This document shows, piece by piece, positions 28,380-31,910 of a stretch of DNA of 31,910 nucleotides. The stretch is from a virus (lineage: Duplodnaviria; Caudoviricetes): the IMG/VR virus record IMGVR_UViG_3300031963_000604, positions 1 to 31,910 of that record; one strand, given 5' to 3'. The notes beneath the pieces are model-generated. The model had not been told where the DNA came from. It saw nothing but the letters and a program-made list of their open reading frames with translations, and searched no databases. Position 1 is the first letter of the stretch; each line of letters opens with the position of its first letter. A program made the position numbers and the translations under genes.

Positions 28380-28970
28380 ATGCCAGCTAGAAATCAAATT
28401 AATCCACCCCCACTAAGAAAAATTACCGACTTCAAGAGTAAGCTTACTGGTGGTGGTGCTCGTGCCAATCTCTTTGAAGTTGTTCTTACTTTTCCAGATG
28501 CTGCACAACCAAGTACCGATGTTCTTGATAAATCAAGATTTTTAGTAAAAGGTGCAAACTTACCAGCATCTAACGTTGCCCAAATCGAAGTTCCTTTTAG
28601 AGGAAGAGTTTTGAAAGTAGCAGGCGACAGAACATTTGATTCTTGGACTGTTACTGTTATTAATGATACGGATTTCTCAATTAGATCCGCATTTGAAAAT
28701 TGGATGAATACAATTAATAGAGTTTCCGATAATACTGGTCTTACAAACCCAGCAGATTATCAGTCTGATGCATATGTTTATCAATTAGACCGTGATGGAT
28801 CTACCCTCAGATCCTATCGTTTTTATGATGTGTTCCCAACACAGGTTGCACCTATTGAACTTTCGTATGATTCTCAGGGTATTGAAGAATTTACTGTTGA
28901 ATTGCAAGTTCAATGGTGGGAAGCAATTAAAGGCACTGGCACAAATGCTGGTGGTGAAGACATCAACTAA
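28380..28970 (+). CDS. gp19: Tail tube protein gp19
   Basis: GGARANLFEV, VPFRGR.LKVAGDRTFD.WTVTVIND, QLDR, and FPT.V..IELSYD motifs; GAGG RBS upstream. Confidence 0.96.
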   Translation: MPARNQINPPPLRKITDFKSKLTGGGARANLFEVVLTFPDAAQPSTDVLDKSRFLVKGANLPASNVAQIEVPFRGRVLKVAGDRTFDSWTVTVINDTDFSIRSAFENWMNTINRVSDNTGLTNPADYQSDAYVYQLDRDGSTLRSYRFYDVFPTQVAPIELSYDSQGIEEFTVELQVQWWEAIKGTGTNAGGEDIN

Positions 28971-28973
28971 ATA
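28966..28973 (+). promoter_or_regulatory. Late promoter variant ACTAAATA
   Basis: CTAAATA variant overlapping the gp19 stop, 28 nt upstream of gp20. Confidence 0.65.
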
Positions 28974-29001
28974 ATAGAATAAAGAGTCAAAAGATTATAC
29001 T

Positions 29002-30711
29002 ATGGCAAAACTTTTTGGTTTTTCTATTGATGATAATAAAAACCAATCTCCTTCAATAGTATCCCCCGTACCTCAAACCAATGAGGACGGGGTTGATAAT
29101 TATATTGCTAGTGGATTCTATGGTCAATACATTGATATTGAAGGAGTTTATCGAACAGAACATGATTTAATTAAAAGATACAGAGAAATGGCACTTCACC
29201 CAGAATGTGATGGTGCCATTGAAGATGTTGTCAATGAAGCACTAGTTAGCGATCTCTACGATTCTCCCGTAGAGATTGAACTTTCAAATTTAAACGCTAG
29301 TGAATCTCTCAAAAAGAAAATAAGAGAAGAGTTTAGATATCTTAAAGAAATCATGGACTTTGATAGAAAGTGCCATGAAATTTTTAGAAATTGGTATGTT
29401 GATGGAAGAGTTTATTACTTAAAGGTCATTGATCTTAAAAATCCTCAGGCAGGTATTCAGGATTTAAGATATATTGATCCTATGAAGATGAGATATATTC
29501 GTCAAGAGAAAAAGAATAATAAAGATCCGTATGCAAGAGTAAATAATAGAAATACTGAAAATTCTTTACCCCATAGTCCAGAATTTGAAGAATATTTCTT
29601 ATATACACCAACACCAAACTATCCAACTGGAATGATTTCTGGTGCTGGTGGTGCAGCAAAATCTGTCAAGATTGCAAAAGATTCTGTAGTATACTGCACT
29701 TCTGGTCTTGTAGATAGAAATAAGAACACTGTTCTTTCTTATCTCCATAAGGCAATTAAGGCACTCAATCAGTTAAGAATGATTGAAGACTCTCTTGTTA
29801 TTTACAGATTATCAAGAGCACCTGAAAGAAGAATTTTTTATATTGATGTTGGCAATCTTCCAAAAGTAAAAGCAGAGCAATACCTCAAAGAGGTTATGTC
29901 TCGTTACAGAAATAAACTTGTTTATGATGCCGCAACTGGAGAAGTTCGTGACGATCGCAAGTTTATGAGTATGATGGAAGATTTTTGGCTTCCAAGAAGA
30001 GAAGGTGGTCGTGGCACAGAGATCACAACTCTTCCAGGTGGTCAGAATCTTGGCGAACTCGCAGATATTGAATATTTTCAGAAAAAACTTTATAGAGCAC
30101 TTGGTGTTCCTGAATCTAGAATTGCGGGAGGTGGAGATGGATTCAATCTAGGTCGTTCATCAGAAATTTTAAGGGACGAACTCAAATTCGCAAAGTTTGT
30201 TGGTCGTTTGAGAAAGAGATTTGCTCAAATGTTCAATGATATGTTGAAAACTCAATTGATTCTCAAAAACATCGTCAGTCCAGAAGATTGGGATGTAATG
30301 GCAGATCATATTCAATATGATTTCTTGTATGACAATCAATTTGCAGAACTCAAAGAATCAGAACTTCTCAATGGTCGTTTAGGAACACTTGCAACGATTG
30401 AACCTTATATTGGAAAATATTTCTCAACGGAATATGTAAGGAAAAAAATTCTTCGCCAGACTGATTCGGAAATTATTGAGATTGATGAGCAGATTGAAGA
30501 TGAAATTCAGAAAGGAATTCTTCCAGATCCTTCAATGGTAGATCCAATTACGGGAGCACCATTGCCTCAACCTGGTGAAGGAAATGGTATGGCAGGAATG
30601 GGTCAAGATGCAATGGGAATGGGTGAAGTTCCGACTGAACCAAGTCTAGATGCACAAGCAAGTGTAACTGATGCCCAAATGCAAAAAGATGCTAAAAAGG
30701 CTGAGATATAA
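29002..30711 (+). CDS. gp20: Portal protein gp20
   Basis: WYVDGR, IYRLSRAPERRIFYIDVGNLPK and EDFWLPRREGGRGTEITTLPGG signatures. Confidence 0.98.
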   Translation: MAKLFGFSIDDNKNQSPSIVSPVPQTNEDGVDNYIASGFYGQYIDIEGVYRTEHDLIKRYREMALHPECDGAIEDVVNEALVSDLYDSPVEIELSNLNASESLKKKIREEFRYLKEIMDFDRKCHEIFRNWYVDGRVYYLKVIDLKNPQAGIQDLRYIDPMKMRYIRQEKKNNKDPYARVNNRNTENSLPHSPEFEEYFLYTPTPNYPTGMISGAGGAAKSVKIAKDSVVYCTSGLVDRNKNTVLSYLHKAIKALNQLRMIEDSLVIYRLSRAPERRIFYIDVGNLPKVKAEQYLKEVMSRYRNKLVYDAATGEVRDDRKFMSMMEDFWLPRREGGRGTEITTLPGGQNLGELADIEYFQKKLYRALGVPESRIAGGGDGFNLGRSSEILRDELKFAKFVGRLRKRFAQMFNDMLKTQLILKNIVSPEDWDVMADHIQYDFLYDNQFAELKESELLNGRLGTLATIEPYIGKYFSTEYVRKKILRQTDSEIIEIDEQIEDEIQKGILPDPSMVDPITGAPLPQPGEGNGMAGMGQDAMGMGEVPTEPSLDAQASVTDAQMQKDAKKAEI

Positions 30712-30714
30712 ATA
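30707..30714 (+). promoter_or_regulatory. T4-type late promoter TATAAATA
   Basis: Exact consensus overlapping the gp20 stop, 25 nt upstream of the ATG at 30740. Confidence 0.8.
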
Positions 30715-30739
30715 AATTTATAATTAATAAATTAATTTT

Positions 30740-30913
30740 ATGGAAGATCTTATCGACTTGATCGCAACTGATGCGTCTGCATCGGATGTTCGTGACAAAA
30801 TTCACGATATTCTTTATTCAAAAGCAGCAGAGAGAGTTGAACTCGCAAAGCCCTACGTAGCATCGTCTATGTTTGGCGAATCTGAAGTAGAAGAAACAGA
30901 GGATCAAGAATAA
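30740..30913 (+). CDS. gp67-like prohead core protein (57 aa), absent from the supplied ORF track
   Basis: Manual translation MEDLIDLIATDASASDVRDKIHDILYSKAAERVELAKPYVASSMFGESEVEETEDQE*. It follows a late promoter, is TAATG-coupled to the next gene, has an acidic tail and occupies the T4 gp67 position after gp20. Confidence 0.8.
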   Translation: MEDLIDLIATDASASDVRDKIHDILYSKAAERVELAKPYVASSMFGESEVEETEDQE

Positions 30914-31188
30914 TGGCCAATAGAATTAAAGTTCTTGGAGCAGAAGCAGCACTTCCAACAACAACTGGAGCAGCAACTAGTTTTAGTGCAGCAACAGTTG
31001 TTCGTCTAGTTAATACTGCACCGTCCACAGAATATCTAATTACAGTAGTTGAAACACAAGGTGGAACTGTTATTGGATCATTTACATTACCTAGATTACA
31101 AACTGAACTCTTAGAAAAATTACCATCACATTGTGTATATGCAGCAAATGCTGCTGTTTTGGGAGCAAAAGTAGGATTTACAAACTAA
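30913..31188 (+). CDS. Small hypothetical head-region protein (91 aa)
   Basis: TAATG-coupled ORF between the gp67-like gene and gp21; Ala/Thr/Val-rich beta pattern. Confidence 0.75.
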   Translation: MANRIKVLGAEAALPTTTGAATSFSAATVVRLVNTAPSTEYLITVVETQGGTVIGSFTLPRLQTELLEKLPSHCVYAANAAVLGAKVGFTN

Positions 31189-31192
31189 AAAA

Positions 31193-31843
31193 ATGAAACT
31201 CATCACAGAAGAAATTCAAAAGGTAGAATTCATTACCGAAGGCAAAGGATCACAAAAGAAAATGTATATTGAAGGTGTTTTCCTTCAAGGTGATATCTGC
31301 AATCGTAATGGAAGAATGTATCCTATGGAAACTCTTTCCCGTGAGGTAAAGAGATATACCGAATCATTCATCGATAAAGGTCGTGCTCTCGGAGAACTCG
31401 GTCATCCTGATGGTCCTACCGTCAATCTTGATCGCGTTTCTCATAAAATTGTTTCTCTTACTTCCGAGGGAACTAATTTTAGAGGTAAAGCACAACTTCT
31501 TGAAACTCCAATGGGTAAGATTGCAAAATCTCTCATTGGTGAAGGTGTATGTCTTGGCGTTTCTTCTCGTGGTGTTGGTTCATTAAAGATGACCAACGAA
31601 GGTCATAAAATTGTTGGCGAAGATTTTATGCTTGCAACTGCCGCTGATATTGTTGCTGATCCTTCTGCTCCTGATGCATTTGTTCAGGGAATTATGGAAG
31701 GTAAGGAGTGGGTTTGGGAAGGTGGTATTCTTCGCCAAAAACTTGCCGAACAGACTCAGAAGAGAATTAACACTCTCGTAGATCAAAAAAGACTTGAAGA
31801 GCATAAGTTGAATTTATTCAACGAATTTCTTTCAAATCTTTAA
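31193..31843 (+). CDS. gp21: Prohead protease gp21
   Basis: MKLITE start, NRNGRMYP, ALGELGHP (catalytic His), GVSSRGVGS (catalytic Ser) and DIVADPSAP. Confidence 0.97.
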   Translation: MKLITEEIQKVEFITEGKGSQKKMYIEGVFLQGDICNRNGRMYPMETLSREVKRYTESFIDKGRALGELGHPDGPTVNLDRVSHKIVSLTSEGTNFRGKAQLLETPMGKIAKSLIGEGVCLGVSSRGVGSLKMTNEGHKIVGEDFMLATAADIVADPSAPDAFVQGIMEGKEWVWEGGILRQKLAEQTQKRINTLVDQKRLEEHKLNLFNEFLSNL

Positions 31844-31845
31844 TT

Positions 31846-31853
31846 TATAAATA
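31846..31853 (+). promoter_or_regulatory. T4-type late promoter TATAAATA (with overlapping AATAAATA at 31850-31857)
   Basis: Exact consensus in the gap between gp21 and the next ATG at 31884. Confidence 0.8.
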
Positions 31854-31883
31854 AATATAGATTATCTAAGAATCTAAACAAAA

Positions 31884-31910
31884 ATGTCCGTTGGTAGAAA
31901 TTTACAAGAA
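31884..31910 (+). CDS. gp22: Probable start of prohead core scaffold gp22 (3'-partial)
   Basis: MSVGRNLQE runs off the window edge. The call rests on synteny after gp21 and a late promoter, since only 9 codons are visible. Confidence 0.55.

Noticed and set aside
30560-30711. Gly/Met/Pro-rich portal C-terminal tail as a novelty
   Set aside because: Low-complexity tails are common on T4-like gp20 proteins.
2423-31804. Short minus-strand and alternate-frame ORFs in the track (e.g. 4654-4890, 5191-5472, 10471-10902, 18639-18968, 21459-21725, 31583-31804)
   Set aside because: All lie inside or almost wholly overlap well-supported plus-strand genes. They are shadow ORFs expected from codon bias and show no recognisable motifs or promoters.
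24178-31843. Inteins or introns in gp17, gp18, gp20 or gp21
   Set aside because: Lengths are normal, conserved motifs are contiguous, and there are no intein C/S...HN boundaries or ORF interruptions.
1-31910. Genome-wide TAG reassignment (e.g. genetic code 15)
   Set aside because: Only one internal TAG occurs in about 10,000 codons, and all other core genes are intact under the standard code. True recoding would fragment many late genes.
1-31910. tRNA, rRNA, CRISPR array, intrinsic terminators
   Set aside because: Intergenic gaps are all under 90 nt. I saw no cloverleaf, no spaced direct repeats and no GC-rich stem followed by a U-tract.

Overview
The window is a densely packed, all plus-strand late (virion morphogenesis) region of an AT-rich T4-like myophage. 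Gene content and order point to a cyanophage of the Kyanoviridae type (inference). In order it contains: the 3' part of a giant gp7-like baseplate wedge gene (open from the window edge), gp8, and a ~2460-codon VrlC-like virion gene interrupted by one in-frame TAG at 12653-12655. Then come small ORFs (one possibly NblA-like), a fibre-like gene, gp13, gp14, gp15 and gp16. A three-gene insert follows, then gp17, a small Zn-finger protein, gp18, gp19, gp20, a gp67-like ORF missing from the supplied track, a 91-aa ORF, gp21 and the start of gp22. T4-type late promoters (NATAAATA/NCTAAATA) punctuate the region. I found no tRNA, rRNA, CRISPR array, intron, intein or mobile element. The most interesting signals are: (1) the 686-aa gene between gp16 and gp17, which reads as a polyprotein of short basic, Cys-paired modules separated by prohead-protease-type Glu sites, followed by a gene starting with a T4 capsid-targeting-like sequence; (2) the lone amber codon in the VrlC-like gene; (3) an NblA-like small ORF; (4) a G-[IV]-[GS]-[TS] motif recurring across most tail, neck and baseplate proteins. 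Product calls come from motif recognition and synteny, not from database searches.
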